Position numbers and translations under genes: made by a program. A stretch of 32,000 nt of DNA from Delftia acidovorans NBRC 14950 (GTDB taxonomy: Bacteria > Pseudomonadota > Gammaproteobacteria > Burkholderiales > Burkholderiaceae_C), in the NCBI RefSeq assembly GCF_001598795.1, contig NZ_BCZP01000007.1, positions 120,001-152,000 on the forward strand. The letters run 5' to 3'. The first letter of the stretch is position 1; each line of letters begins with the position of its first letter. Of this stretch, positions 1-9,250 are shown piece by piece. The notes under the pieces are model-generated. The model was not told the origin of the DNA and ran no database searches. It saw nothing but the letters and a program-made list of their open reading frames with translations.

Positions 1-429
1 GCGCGCCAGCTCGCGGGCCTGCTCGTAGAGCGCGGTCTCGGCCGCGCGCGAGCGCCAGAAGCTAAAGCTGCTGCCCGCATGCGCCTGCACGGCCAGCACC
101 AGGTTGTCCAGCACGCTGGACTGCTTGAAGATGTTGGTGATCTGGAAAGACCGCGACAGCCCCGCCGCCACGCGCTGGTGGGCGTTGAGCGCGCTCACAT
201 CGCGCCCGGCCAGTGCCAGGGTGCCGGCGTCGGCCGCCAGCGTGCCGGACAGCAGATGGATGAGCGTGGACTTGCCCGCGCCATTGGGGCCGATCAGCGC
301 ATGGATCTCGCCAGGCGCCAGCGACAACGAGACATGGTCGGTAGCCAGCAGCGCGCCAAAGCGGCGCACCAGGCCCTTGGCTTCCAGGGCCGGGGTGGGA
401 ATGGAGATAGGGTTGGCCGCGCCCCTCAT
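1..429 (-). CDS. ABC transporter ATP-binding protein, LivG-like (N-terminal part only; the rest lies beyond the left window edge)
   Basis: Minus-strand translation from ATG at 429 reads MRGAANPISIPTPALEAKGLVRRFGALLATDHVSLSLAPGEIHALIGPNGAGKSTLIHLL, with Walker A GPNGAGKST. Its start overlaps the stop of the upstream permease gene (ATGA). It runs off the window edge, so it is not reported as an ORF in the track. Confidence 0.85.
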   Translation of the reverse strand, partial: MRGAANPISIPTPALEAKGLVRRFGALLATDHVSLSLAPGEIHALIGPNGAGKSTLIHLLSGTLAADAGTLALAGRDVSALNAHQRVAAGLSRSFQITNIFKQSSVLDNLVLAVQAHAGSSFSFWRSRAAETALYEQARELAR

Positions 430-1388
430 GCCTGCCTCCCGCGTGCGGGCCACAGGCCCATCAGGCCGCGCGGCGCACCGAACACCACGCACAGCAGCAG
501 CAGGCCCAGCGGCAGGTGCCAGTACTCGGTCCACATGCGAAGCACTTCCTCCAGGGTCAGCATGACGACGGCGCCGGCCACGCCGCCCCAGCGCAGGCCC
601 ACGCCCCCTACCAGCACCATGATCAGCAGGTTGGCCGACTGGGTCCAGTGCATGAGGCTGGGGGAGATGAACAGGTTGTGGTTGGCCAGCAGCGCGCCCG
701 CCAGCCCGGCCACGGCGCCGCTGAGCACAAAGGCTGCCAGCTTGATGCGATAGACCGGGTAGCCCAGCGACTCCATGCGCGACTCGTTCTCGCGCACGCC
801 CTGCAGCGCCTTGCCGAAGCGCGAATCCACCAGCCGCCCGAACACGGCCATCAGCACCGCGAACAGCACCAGCACCACGTAGTAGAAAGAGACATCGTGG
901 CCCAGGTCCAGCCCGGGCAGCACGGAATGGCCGGGCAGGTTGAGCCCGTCCTCGCCGCCGTACTGGCGCAGCGAGATGAAGATGTAGAACAGCATCTGCG
1001 CAAAGGCCAGCGTGATCATGATGAAGTACACGCCGCGCGTGCGCAGCGACACGGCGCCCGTGGCGGCGGCCAGCAGCCCGGCCAGCAGCGCGGCGGCCGG
1101 CCAGGCCACCAGGGCCGAGGTCACGCCGTTCATCGCCAGGATGCCCACCGCATAGGCCCCCGCACCGAAGAAGGCCGCATGCCCCAGCGCCACCATGCCG
1201 CCATAGCCCAGGATGAGGTTCAAGCTGGTGGCGGCTAGCGCGTAGATCAGCACGCGGCGCACGAAGGAGATGTAGAAGTCCAGCCCCAGCGCCGGAGCCA
1301 CCAGCGGGAAAATCGCCAGCGCCAGCAGCGCCAGCACGGTCCAGAAGAACCGGGCCTGGAACCTGCCTTGTAATGTGCTGTGTTCCAT
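426..1388 (-). CDS. Branched-chain amino acid-type ABC transporter permease, LivM-like
   Basis: Track ORF 426..1622(-). The polytopic hydrophobic sequence starts at internal MEHSTLQGRFQARFFWTVLALLALAIFPLV (ATG at 1388). The 78 codons upstream are R/G/H-rich and overlap the livH-like gene. It sits between a LivH-like permease and an ABC ATPase. Confidence 0.85.
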   Translation of the reverse strand: MEHSTLQGRFQARFFWTVLALLALAIFPLVAPALGLDFYISFVRRVLIYALAATSLNLILGYGGMVALGHAAFFGAGAYAVGILAMNGVTSALVAWPAAALLAGLLAAATGAVSLRTRGVYFIMITLAFAQMLFYIFISLRQYGGEDGLNLPGHSVLPGLDLGHDVSFYYVVLVLFAVLMAVFGRLVDSRFGKALQGVRENESRMESLGYPVYRIKLAAFVLSGAVAGLAGALLANHNLFISPSLMHWTQSANLLIMVLVGGVGLRWGGVAGAVVMLTLEEVLRMWTEYWHLPLGLLLLCVVFGAPRGLMGLWPARGRQA

Positions 1389-1390
1389 GC

Positions 1391-2317
1391 TCAGCCTCGC
1401 GCGGGGAAAAGGCCGGAAGGCCGGTACACCAGCACCACCGCCATCAGCACATAGATGGAAATCGCCGCCAGCGTGGGCCCCACGCTGGATGCCACGGCCG
1501 GGGAGAACACCTGGCGCAGCAGCATGGGCAGAAAGGCCCGCCCCGCCGTGTCCACCATGCCCACCAGCAAGGCGCCAACCAGGGCGCCGCGTATGGAGCC
1601 TATGCCGCCGATGACGATGCACACCAGCACCAGGATGAGGATCTCTTCCCCCATGCCGACCTGCACCGAAGTGATGGGCCCCAGCAGCGCCCCCGCCACC
1701 GCCGCCAGCATGGCGCCCAGCGTGAACACGCCCAGGAACAGCAGCGGCACGCGCACGCCCATCAGCGTGGCCATCTGACGGTTGGAGGCGCCTGCCCGCA
1801 CCAGCACGCCGGCGCGCGTGCGCGTCACGAACCAGTACAGGCCCAGCGCGGCAGCCAGGCCGAAGACGATGATCATCAGCCGGTAGGCCGGGTACATGAG
1901 ATCGGGCAGCAACTGCACGGGCCCGGACAGCGCGGCCGGCATGTTGAGCATCACCGGCGCCGGGCCCCAGACCATCTTGACCAGGTCATTGGCAATGAGG
2001 ATGACGGCATAGCTGCCCAGCACCTGGGCCAGATGGTCACGCACGGCCAGACGGCGTATCAGCACCAGCTCCAGCACCACACCCGCCACGCCCGTGGCCA
2101 CGGCAGCCACCAGCACGGCCGCGGTGAACGAGCCCGTGCGCTGCATGGTCTCGGCCGCCACATAGGCGCCCGCCATGTACAGCGAGCCATGGGCCAGGTT
2201 CATGATGTCCATGATGCCGAACACCAGGGTCAGCCCGGCCGCGATCAGAAACAGCATCAGCCCGAACTGCAGGCCATTCAGCAATTGCTCCAAGAGCAGC
2301 GTCCACGTCATCCACAC
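1391..2317 (-). CDS. Branched-chain amino acid-type ABC transporter permease, LivH-like
   Basis: 308-aa hydrophobic ORF with the LLEQLLNGLQFGLMLFLIAAGLTLVFGIMDIMNLAHGSLYM N-terminus typical of LivH-family permeases. Position 2317 is a GTG; an ATG at 2311 is an equally plausible start. Confidence 0.85.
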   Translation of the reverse strand: MWMTWTLLLEQLLNGLQFGLMLFLIAAGLTLVFGIMDIMNLAHGSLYMAGAYVAAETMQRTGSFTAAVLVAAVATGVAGVVLELVLIRRLAVRDHLAQVLGSYAVILIANDLVKMVWGPAPVMLNMPAALSGPVQLLPDLMYPAYRLMIIVFGLAAALGLYWFVTRTRAGVLVRAGASNRQMATLMGVRVPLLFLGVFTLGAMLAAVAGALLGPITSVQVGMGEEILILVLVCIVIGGIGSIRGALVGALLVGMVDTAGRAFLPMLLRQVFSPAVASSVGPTLAAISIYVLMAVVLVYRPSGLFPARG

Positions 2318-2421
2318 GCCCCCTGCCGCAGGCGCAGTGGCCCGCGCGCGGTCAACAAATCATCCGGCTTTGAAAATCAAGATCAAGGCACGCCGCGCCC
2401 GACGGGGGCGCGGCGGCGGGG

Positions 2422-3597
2422 TCACATCTTGCAGTCGTTGACGTAGACGTCTTGATATTTATCGAACACCTTGCCCACCAGCTTGTTGGTGATGCGGCCG
2501 CTGCCGTCCTTCTCGATCACGCGCTGGTAGTAGGCCTGGATGGGATAGTGGTTCTTGCCGTACGTGAAGGGGCCGCGCACCGAGGCGTAGTCGGCCTTCT
2601 CCAGCGCCTTGACAATGGCCTGGCGGTCCGAGGCCTTGCCGCCGGCCTGCTTGACCGCCGCATCCATGGCCATGATCACGTCATACGCCTGGGCCGCGTA
2701 GACCGAGGGGTTGCGGCCCTTGTACTCCTTGCGGAAGGCCTCGACGAAGGCCTTGTTCTGCGGCACGTCCAGGTCATGCGCCCACTGCGCGGTGTTGACC
2801 ATGCCCAGCATGGGCTCGCCCACGGCCTGGATCACGTCCTCGTCGGCCGAGAAGCCCGGGCCGATCAGCTTGACGCTTTGCGACAGCCCGGTGGACACGA
2901 ACTGCTTGACGAAGTTGATGCCCATGCCGCCCGGCAGGAAGATGTAGACCGCATCGGGCTTGGCCGCGCGGATCTGGGCCAGTTCGGCCGCGTAGTCGAT
3001 CTGGCCCAGCTTGGTGTAGACCTCTTCGCCGGGCGCGGTCTTGTAGCCGCGCTTGAAGCCGACCAGCGCATCCTTGCCCGCCGGATAGTCGGGCGCCATG
3101 ATGAACATCTTCTTGAAGCCACGGTCGGCGGCCAGCTTGCCGGCTGCCTCGTGGAAGGCATCGTTCTGGTAGGAGGTGCCGAACCAGAACGCATTGCACT
3201 GCGCGCCCGCGAACTGGCTGGGGCCGGGGTTGTTGGACAGGTAGGGCACCTTGGCGCCGAACAGCGCCGGGCCCACGGCCAGGGCCACGTTGGAGCCGAT
3301 GGGACCGGTGAAGAAATCCACCTTGTCGCGCTGTATGTAGCGCGTGACCAGCTGGCGCGCCTGGTCGGGATTGCCGCCCATGTCGGTCTGCAGGAACTCG
3401 GCCGGCTGGCCGCCCAGCTTGCTGCCCAGTTGCTTGATGGCGAGGTTGAAGCCGTCACGCGCCTCGGCGCCCAGCGCGGCAAACGGCCCGGAAATATCGT
3501 TGGCGATACCGACCTTGATGGTGTCCGCCTGCGCGAGCGCGGGAACAAAGGCAGGGGCCAGGGCCGCTGCGGCCAGGAAGGGGGTGAGGAAACGCAT
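2422..3597 (-). CDS. ABC transporter periplasmic substrate-binding protein (LivK/Peripla_BP_6-like)
   Basis: Track ORF 2422..3660(-). An internal start gives MRFLTPFLAAAALAPAFVPALAQA, a clean Sec signal peptide, followed by DTIKVGIANDISGPFAALGAEARDGFNLAIKQ, typical of Leu/Ile/Val-type binding proteins. It is the first gene of the permease/ATPase operon. Confidence 0.85.
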   Translation of the reverse strand: MRFLTPFLAAAALAPAFVPALAQADTIKVGIANDISGPFAALGAEARDGFNLAIKQLGSKLGGQPAEFLQTDMGGNPDQARQLVTRYIQRDKVDFFTGPIGSNVALAVGPALFGAKVPYLSNNPGPSQFAGAQCNAFWFGTSYQNDAFHEAAGKLAADRGFKKMFIMAPDYPAGKDALVGFKRGYKTAPGEEVYTKLGQIDYAAELAQIRAAKPDAVYIFLPGGMGINFVKQFVSTGLSQSVKLIGPGFSADEDVIQAVGEPMLGMVNTAQWAHDLDVPQNKAFVEAFRKEYKGRNPSVYAAQAYDVIMAMDAAVKQAGGKASDRQAIVKALEKADYASVRGPFTYGKNHYPIQAYYQRVIEKDGSGRITNKLVGKVFDKYQDVYVNDCKM

Positions 3598-3733
3598 GCT
3601 GCTGTGCTCCTTGCGCGGGCCGCGCGGATGGCAATCGGTGGTGAGGCAGTCTTCCGTCACGCTGGACGGGAAACTCTGTAAGGGCTGGAACGGTTGGCGC
3701 AGGTCTTAGTTTAGGTTTAAAGTATTTTGCAGA

Positions 3734-3750
3734 ACAAGTCTGGGACTTGT
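3734..3750. promoter_or_regulatory. 17-bp perfect palindrome ACAAGTC-TGG-GACTTGT in the divergent intergenic region; candidate MarR operator
   Basis: Read directly from the sequence. It lies in an AT-rich stretch (ttagtttaggtttaaagtattttgc) just upstream of the hydrolase-MarR operon. MarR-family repressors typically bind short palindromes in their own promoters. The assignment is an inference. Confidence 0.3.
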
Positions 3751-3794
3751 ACCAATACCTGCCATACAAACCATTTCGCGCCATCTCCGTTCCA

Positions 3795-4700
3795 ATGCCC
3801 GCACTCTACCGTCACTACGACCGCGCCGGACTCGATGTCCAGTACAACGCCCGCGCGACGGTACCCGACATCACCCCCATCATCAAGGCCTATGCCGACG
3901 ACAGCCGGGCCGCGCGCCAAAGCCTGCCCTGCGCGCTGAACGTGGCCTACGGCGATCATGCCGATGAGCTGCTGGACATTTTCCCGGCAGCAACCGGGGC
4001 GGCAGGCGCCCCTGTTCTCTTCTTCATCCACGGCGGCTACTGGCGGCTGCTGTCCAAGGACGACTCCAGCAGCATGGCGCCCACCTTCACGCACGCCGGC
4101 GCCGTGGTGGTGGCACTGAACTACTCGCTGGCGCCCGCCGTCACGCTGGACCGCATCGTGGACCAGACACGCCGCGCCCTGGCCTGGGTGCATGCCCACA
4201 TCGCCCGCTACGGCGGCGACCCGGGCCGCATCCATGTCTGCGGCAGCTCGGCCGGGGGCCACTTGGCGGGCATGCTGCTGGCCGCCGGCTGGCATGCGGA
4301 CTACGGCGTGCCCGAAGACGTGGTGCGCGGCGCCGCACCGCTGTCGGGCCTGTTCGACCTGCGCCCGCTGGTGCACACCCACATCAACGAATGGATGCGC
4401 CTGAGCGAGCAGGACGCCATTCGCAACAGCCCCGCCCTCCTGCCGCACGGCGCGGCCTGCCCGCTCATCGTCAGCTACGGCGAGAGCGAAACCGATGAAT
4501 TCAAGCGTCAGAGCGACGACTACCTGGCCGCCTGGAACCTGCGCCGTGGCCCCGGTCCATCGTCAGGCCAGTACGTGGCCATGCCCGGCACCAACCATTT
4601 CGACATCGTGCTCACCCTGAACGACCCGGCCAGCCCGCTGACGCGCGCCATCCTCGCGCAGATGGGCTTGAGCGCCCCCACACCGCAGAACCAGCCATGA
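3795..4700 (+). CDS. Alpha/beta hydrolase (esterase / arylformamidase-like, HGG + GxSxG type)
   Basis: Oxyanion motif FFIHGGYW and nucleophile elbow GSSAGGH. ATG at 3795; the track ORF begins at a TTG at 3747. The stop overlaps the MarR start (ATGA at 4697). Confidence 0.8.
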   Translation: MPALYRHYDRAGLDVQYNARATVPDITPIIKAYADDSRAARQSLPCALNVAYGDHADELLDIFPAATGAAGAPVLFFIHGGYWRLLSKDDSSSMAPTFTHAGAVVVALNYSLAPAVTLDRIVDQTRRALAWVHAHIARYGGDPGRIHVCGSSAGGHLAGMLLAAGWHADYGVPEDVVRGAAPLSGLFDLRPLVHTHINEWMRLSEQDAIRNSPALLPHGAACPLIVSYGESETDEFKRQSDDYLAAWNLRRGPGPSSGQYVAMPGTNHFDIVLTLNDPASPLTRAILAQMGLSAPTPQNQP

Positions 4701-5185
4701 CCCACGCCCCCGACCTGGAGTCGCGCGCCGCGCCCGACGACCACCATGCGCTGCGCCTGTGGCTGCGCATGCTCACTTGCTGCAACCTCATCGAAGGCGA
4801 GATCCGCAACCGCCTGCGCAGCGAATTCGACACCACCCTGCCCCGCTTCGACCTCATGGCCCAGCTGCAGCGCGCGCCCGAGGGCATGAAGATGGGCGAG
4901 CTGTCGCGCCACATGATGGTGACCAACGGCAACATCACCGGCATCACCGACCAGTTGGAGAAAGAAGGCCTGGTGGTGCGCACCAAGGTGGAGTCCGACC
5001 GGCGCAGCTCCGTGCTGCACCTCACCCCGCTGGGCCGCAAGACCTTTGCGCGCATGGCCAAGGCGCATGAATCCTGGGTCATGGGCATGTTCGGCGACAT
5101 GCCGCAGGCCAGCCGCAACGACCTGTACCAGGCGCTGGGCGACCTCAAGCAGCAGGTGGTGGCCCACCGCTCGCCCATGGACTGA
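4697..5185 (+). CDS. MarR family transcriptional regulator
   Basis: 162 aa. The winged-helix segment LPRFDLMAQLQRAPEGMKMGELSRHMMVTNGNITGITDQLEKEGLVVRTKVESDRRSSVLHLTPLGRK is typical of MarR proteins. Translationally coupled to the hydrolase gene. Confidence 0.85.
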   Translation: MTHAPDLESRAAPDDHHALRLWLRMLTCCNLIEGEIRNRLRSEFDTTLPRFDLMAQLQRAPEGMKMGELSRHMMVTNGNITGITDQLEKEGLVVRTKVESDRRSSVLHLTPLGRKTFARMAKAHESWVMGMFGDMPQASRNDLYQALGDLKQQVVAHRSPMD

Positions 5186-5207
5186 GCGCGCGCAGACCCA
5201 ACCCCAT

Positions 5208-6821
5208 TCAGCCCTGCACGCAGTTGCGCCCTGCGGCCTTGGCGCGGTACAGCGCACGGTCGGCCGCCTCCACCAGCGACACGGCGGCACCTTGGGTGGA
5301 GCCCTGCGTGGTGCCTTGTGTAGCGCCTTGGGTCGCGCCAGCCTCATCGCCCTGCGCCGTGGCCACGCCAATGCTGGCCGTCACATGGCCAAAACGGCTG
5401 ATGCGGTGCTCCAGAGCCAGGCCCTCGATGCGCGCGCGCAGCCGCTCGGCCACCTGCTGCGCGCCGGCCTTGTCGGTATTGGGCAGCACCACGGCCAGCT
5501 CTTCCCCGCCATAACGCGCCGCCATGTCGCCGGGCCGTTGCACCGCCTGGGCCAGCGCGCTGCACACGGCCTGCAGGCAGGCATCGCCCGCCACATGGCC
5601 GTAGGCATCGTTGTAGCCCTTGAAGTAGTCCAGGTCGATCAGCAGCAGCGACAGCGGCGTGCCCTCGCGCGCAGCGCGACGGGCCTCGCGCTCCAGCACC
5701 TCGTCAAAGCGGCGGCGGTTGGCCAGGCCCGTCAACTGGTCCTGGGCGGCCAGCACTTCCAGCCGGCGATTGGCGTCCAGCAATTCCTCGCGCGCGCTGA
5801 CCAGGGAGCATTCGGCGCGCGAACGCAGCCGCATCGCGGCCGTCAAGCGCCAGCCGATCAACGCAATCGCCAGAAACAGCCCCAGCACCACGGCTAGCGT
5901 CAGCAGCGCCTGGCGCCGCCAGGAGCTCAACGCCTCATCGCGGCCCAGGGCCACCGTGGTCACCAGCGGATAGCGCTCGCTGCGCAGAAAGGCGTAGATT
6001 CTTTCCGTGCCATCCAGGGCCGAGCGGAACGACGCCGTGCCCGACATCGCCCCCACGTAGTGGCGCAGGAAATTGGGCGACTGCGAGAAGTCCCGCCCCA
6101 GGTCCTGCTCGCGGAACGGGTGGCGCACCAGCAACTGCCCGCCCGGCGTGCTCAGCGCAATGGCCCCCTTCTCGCCAATATCGATCTTGCCGAACAGCCG
6201 CAGGAAATTCTCCACACCCAGCGCCACCACCACCGCGCCTGCAAACTGGCCCTCGGCGTCCGTATAGCGCCGGCTGATGGTGATCACCCATTCGCCCGTG
6301 GAGCGGCTGCGGATCGGCGGCCCGATGTAGATGCCTGACGATGCGTCGTCACGGTGGTGCGTGAAGTAGTCCCGGCCGGAGCTTTCCGATCCTTCGGGGA
6401 ACGCCCCCTTGGACGACATCAGCCAATAGCCCTGCGCATCCACGATCAGCAGCTCGTTGAGCTGGTTCAGCAGCTGCTCCTGCCGGTTGACCAGATACAG
6501 CACCCGCTCCAGGAGCGCGGGGCTGGAGCCATCCACCTCCAGCCGCTCGGCAATGCCCAGCAGCAGCATGGAGCTTTGGGTGATCACGCCCTCGGCATAG
6601 GTGTTCAGTGTCTGGGCCAGGTTGCGGTTGCTGGTATCGACCTCGGCCAGCGTGCGCTGGCGCGCCGCCACCAATTGCCAGACCGTGGCCGCAGAAACCG
6701 ACACGAACACCACCGCCAGCAACCAGGCCACCAGGCGGGCATCACGCTTCACGGGCCGGCCTCTGCCCCCGCACCAGGCCTTTGTCCACCAATCCCTCTC
6801 CATCACATGCACCTGCGCCAT
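5208..6821 (-). CDS. Membrane-bound diguanylate cyclase (periplasmic Cache-like sensor + GGDEF domain)
   Basis: TM1 LVAWLLAVVFVSVSAATVW, a periplasmic domain of about 270 aa, then TM2 ALLTLAVVLGLFLAIALIGW. The GGDEF domain shows DQLTGLANRRRF, LIDLDYFKGYNDAYGH, the RPGD I-site five residues before active-site RYGGEEL (GGEEL variant), and ADRALYRAKAAGRN. The exact start is uncertain (6821 or a downstream codon). Confidence 0.85.
   Translation of the reverse strand: MAQVHVMERDWWTKAWCGGRGRPVKRDARLVAWLLAVVFVSVSAATVWQLVAARQRTLAEVDTSNRNLAQTLNTYAEGVITQSSMLLLGIAERLEVDGSSPALLERVLYLVNRQEQLLNQLNELLIVDAQGYWLMSSKGAFPEGSESSGRDYFTHHRDDASSGIYIGPPIRSRSTGEWVITISRRYTDAEGQFAGAVVVALGVENFLRLFGKIDIGEKGAIALSTPGGQLLVRHPFREQDLGRDFSQSPNFLRHYVGAMSGTASFRSALDGTERIYAFLRSERYPLVTTVALGRDEALSSWRRQALLTLAVVLGLFLAIALIGWRLTAAMRLRSRAECSLVSAREELLDANRRLEVLAAQDQLTGLANRRRFDEVLEREARRAAREGTPLSLLLIDLDYFKGYNDAYGHVAGDACLQAVCSALAQAVQRPGDMAARYGGEELAVVLPNTDKAGAQQVAERLRARIEGLALEHRISRFGHVTASIGVATAQGDEAGATQGATQGTTQGSTQGAAVSLVEAADRALYRAKAAGRNCVQG
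5290..5337. repeat. In-frame 12-nt tandem repeat x4 encoding (TQGx)4 inside the GGDEF domain
   Basis: Plus-strand units are ccttgggtggag / ccctgcgtggtg / ccttgtgtagcg / ccttgggtcgcg. The minus-strand translation is GATQGATQGTTQGSTQGAA. Confidence 0.8.
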
Positions 6822-7298
6822 CTCGGCAGTCCTGCTGCCGTCCGATCTTGGGTTTTCTGCGTCCGGCTCAGCACCTGGGCAGCGTCTTTGCGCGGGCGCT
6901 TCCGACCTTGACCCAAGTCAAGCCGGAAAAACCCGCGAACCCCGTATTGTCCCCGGCTTCGGAAAAATCGGCCCGACGGGTTGGGATTGGGGGGTGCTGC
7001 CGGCTGGGTAGGCAACGTATTTGCGATAACATTTCGCCGTCCCTCAGCGGACACGGGCTTGGCGGCCCGGACACAGGCGCAGCAGCCGCCACCCTCTTGA
7101 TGGTGTGCGGCTTTCAGTTTTCCCAGTGCTGCGCTGGACATGGCTTCATTTCAACGCAGCCATGCGAAACATCCATGCACAGGAGCCGCCATTGACCGAC
7201 ACCACCCTCCCCCGCACAGCGCATGCTGGCGCGCCAGTTCTCATTCCTGTCTCAAGGCACCAGCAGGCCGTGCTGGCTCATCGCTGAAAGGGACAGGC

Positions 7299-7514
7299 AT
7301 GTACTACCCGATTGCCGAGGAAGAGCTGCAAGTGGTTCAGGACTGCATGCAGCAGATATCGCTGCTTGTGGACTTGGGCTGCGGGATTTCTGCCGTGCAA
7401 ACCACGGTCGGGACTGAAGCGTTGTTGAGCTTCTTGATTGCACAGCGGGAGGCGCTGCAGGGGGCTGTTGAGGCGGTGCAGGCCCGGGAGGTCATGAGGG
7501 GGCCTGCGGGTTAG
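7299..7514 (+). CDS. Hypothetical small protein (71 aa)
   Basis: Internal ATG of track ORF 7140..7514, preceded by aaagggacaggc (RBS-like). MYYPIAEEELQVVQDCMQQISLLVDLGCGISAVQTTVGTEALLSFLIAQREALQGAVEAVQ has protein-like, helical composition. I recognise no family. Confidence 0.4.
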   Translation: MYYPIAEEELQVVQDCMQQISLLVDLGCGISAVQTTVGTEALLSFLIAQREALQGAVEAVQAREVMRGPAG

Positions 7515-7591
7515 GCAGGGCCGCTTGAAGGGGCGGAGCGCGTTCAGCCAAGTGCAGACATTCGCACACCGACTGATGCGCCTGAAACCCC

Positions 7592-8992
7592 TCAATCCTT
7601 GAGCAAGCGCGCCTTCACCGTTCGCCCCTTGATCTTCCCGCTATTGAGCCTGGCAACCACGTCATGCGCAATCTTGCGGTCCACGGCCACATAGGTTGCG
7701 AACTCGTTGATGTCGATCTTGCCCACTTGCTCGCGGGTGTAGCCCAGGTCTGCGGTGAGCGCACCCAGCACGTCGCCCGGGCGGATCTTGTCCTTGCGGC
7801 TGGCATTGATGTGGATGGTGGCCTTGGATGGCAGGAGCCGGCCGCCGGGAGCCGGTGTCAGCTCGTCCAGCGGGTACCAGACGGATGGGCTGCCCTGCAT
7901 CTGTTCGATGTTTCCGACCGCGCCCATTTCGTCCATCGTCGCAAGACTCAGGGCCAAACCTTTCTGGCCGGCGCGGCCTGTGCGGCCGATGCGGTGCACG
8001 TGCACTTCAGGGTCGGGCGTGATGTCCACGTTGATGACGGCGCCCAGATTGGTCACATCCAGCCCGCGAGCCGCCACATCGGTGGCGACCAGCACGGAGC
8101 AACTGCCGTTCACGAAGCGCACCAGCACCTGGTCACGATCACGCTGCTCCAGATCGCCGTGCAGCTCCAGCGCGCTGTAGCCCTGGGCCTGCAGCAGCTC
8201 GGCAAGGGCCCGGCAGCGCGCCTTGGTATTGCAGAAGGCCAGCGTGCTTTCGGGCCGGAAATGCTCCAGCAGGCGAGCCACCGAAGGCAAGCGTTCTTCC
8301 TTGTCCACCTCGTACCAGCGCTGCTCGATCTGCTCGCCGCTGTGCTGTGCGGCGACCTTGACCGTGACCGGGTCACGCATGAAGCGCGCGGCCAGCTTGG
8401 CGATGCCTTCAGGGTAGGTGGCGGAGAACAGCAAGGTCTGGCGCTGTGGGGGGCACTGCTTGGCGACTTTGGCGATGTCATCGACGAAACCCATGTCGAG
8501 CATGCGATCCGCTTCGTCAAGCACCAAGGTGTTCAGCGAATCAAGGTTCAGATTGCCCCGATCCAGGTGATCGATCACACGGCCGGGCGTGCCCACGATC
8601 ACGTGCGCGCCGTTCTCCAGGCTCGCGTTCTGGCCGCGCAGCGGAACGCCGCCGGACAGGGTCACCACCTTGACGTTGTCTTCCGCACGCGCCAGTCGAC
8701 GAATCTCGGTCGTCACCTGATCGGCCAGCTCGCGGGTGGGGCAGAGCACCAGGCCTTGCACCGAGAAATTGCGCGTATCCAGCTTGGCCAGCAGCGCCAG
8801 GGCAAAGGCTGCGGTCTTGCCGCTGCCGGTCTTGGCCTGAGCGATCACATCCTTGCCTTCAAGCGCAGGGGGCAGGCTGGCGAGCTGGATCGCCGTCATT
8901 TCAAGGTAGCCGAGCCGCTCAAGATTGGCGAGCGTTGCAGGCGAAAGCGCAAGTTTGTCGAAGGAATTGGGGGAAGCCGAGGGAGGAGTCAT
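7592..8992 (-). CDS. dbpA: ATP-dependent DEAD-box RNA helicase DbpA
   Basis: 466 aa with [13 protein letters not shown] (motif I), [19 protein letters not shown] (DEAD), LFSAT and [10 protein letters not shown]. The C-terminal extension [15 protein letters not shown]...[12 protein letters not shown] is characteristic of the DbpA RNA-binding domain. Confidence 0.92.
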   Translation of the reverse strand: MTPPSASPNSFDKLALSPATLANLERLGYLEMTAIQLASLPPALEGKDVIAQAKTGSGKTAAFALALLAKLDTRNFSVQGLVLCPTRELADQVTTEIRRLARAEDNVKVVTLSGGVPLRGQNASLENGAHVIVGTPGRVIDHLDRGNLNLDSLNTLVLDEADRMLDMGFVDDIAKVAKQCPPQRQTLLFSATYPEGIAKLAARFMRDPVTVKVAAQHSGEQIEQRWYEVDKEERLPSVARLLEHFRPESTLAFCNTKARCRALAELLQAQGYSALELHGDLEQRDRDQVLVRFVNGSCSVLVATDVAARGLDVTNLGAVINVDITPDPEVHVHRIGRTGRAGQKGLALSLATMDEMGAVGNIEQMQGSPSVWYPLDELTPAPGGRLLPSKATIHINASRKDKIRPGDVLGALTADLGYTREQVGKIDINEFATYVAVDRKIAHDVVARLNSGKIKGRTVKARLLKD

Positions 8993-9019
8993 GGAGGCAT
9001 TTTAAAGTTGGCGATTTCA

Positions 9020-9250
9020 AGACCGAAGCGCAACACATGCCAGCATGTGCAAGAAGACGGCCAGCGGGGGTGTTGAAGCCATGGATAGCACGAGATCTGC
9101 CATTGAGGCTGTCGACGATGGCGTCCAGGTCGTCCTGGCTGCACACGCTTAGATCAGTGCCCTTGGGCAGGTACTGGCGCAGCAGGCGTTGATGTTCTCA
9201 CAGGTGCCGCATTGCCAAGCGCTGTGCGGATAGCAGAAGGGCACCCTTAC
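9020..9250 (-). pseudogene. IS30-family transposase, 3' fragment (5'-truncated, frameshifted)
   Basis: The minus strand reads [20 protein letters not shown], then after a -1 shift [44 protein letters not shown]. This matches the conserved IS30 C-terminal block (HSPWQRG.NEN.NGLLRQYFPKGTDLS....L..IA..LN.RPRK.LG..TP.E). A stop lies immediately upstream and the catalytic N-terminal part is absent. Confidence 0.7.

Noticed and set aside
79-753. 224-aa plus-strand ORF at the left edge
   Set aside because: It is opposite the LivG-like (Walker A) and LivM-like genes, and its translation is R/G/A-rich without motifs.
2452-3681. 409-aa plus-strand ORF opposite the substrate-binding protein gene
   Set aside because: It is antisense to an ORF with a signal peptide and a binding-protein pattern. 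Its composition is artefactual (L/G/R/A/V runs).
6822-7298. A 477-bp gap upstream of the diguanylate cyclase gene with overlapping ORFs of about 60-190 aa in both directions (e.g. 6803..7141 minus, with a GGGCCAC stretch)
   Set aside because: None has an RBS, a motif or convincing composition. I saw no riboswitch-like or tRNA-like structure that I could verify by eye.
7664-9076. 470-aa plus-strand ORF opposite dbpA
   Set aside because: It is antisense to a helicase ORF carrying all DEAD-box motifs, and its own translation is low-complexity (R/G/A/H/Q-rich).
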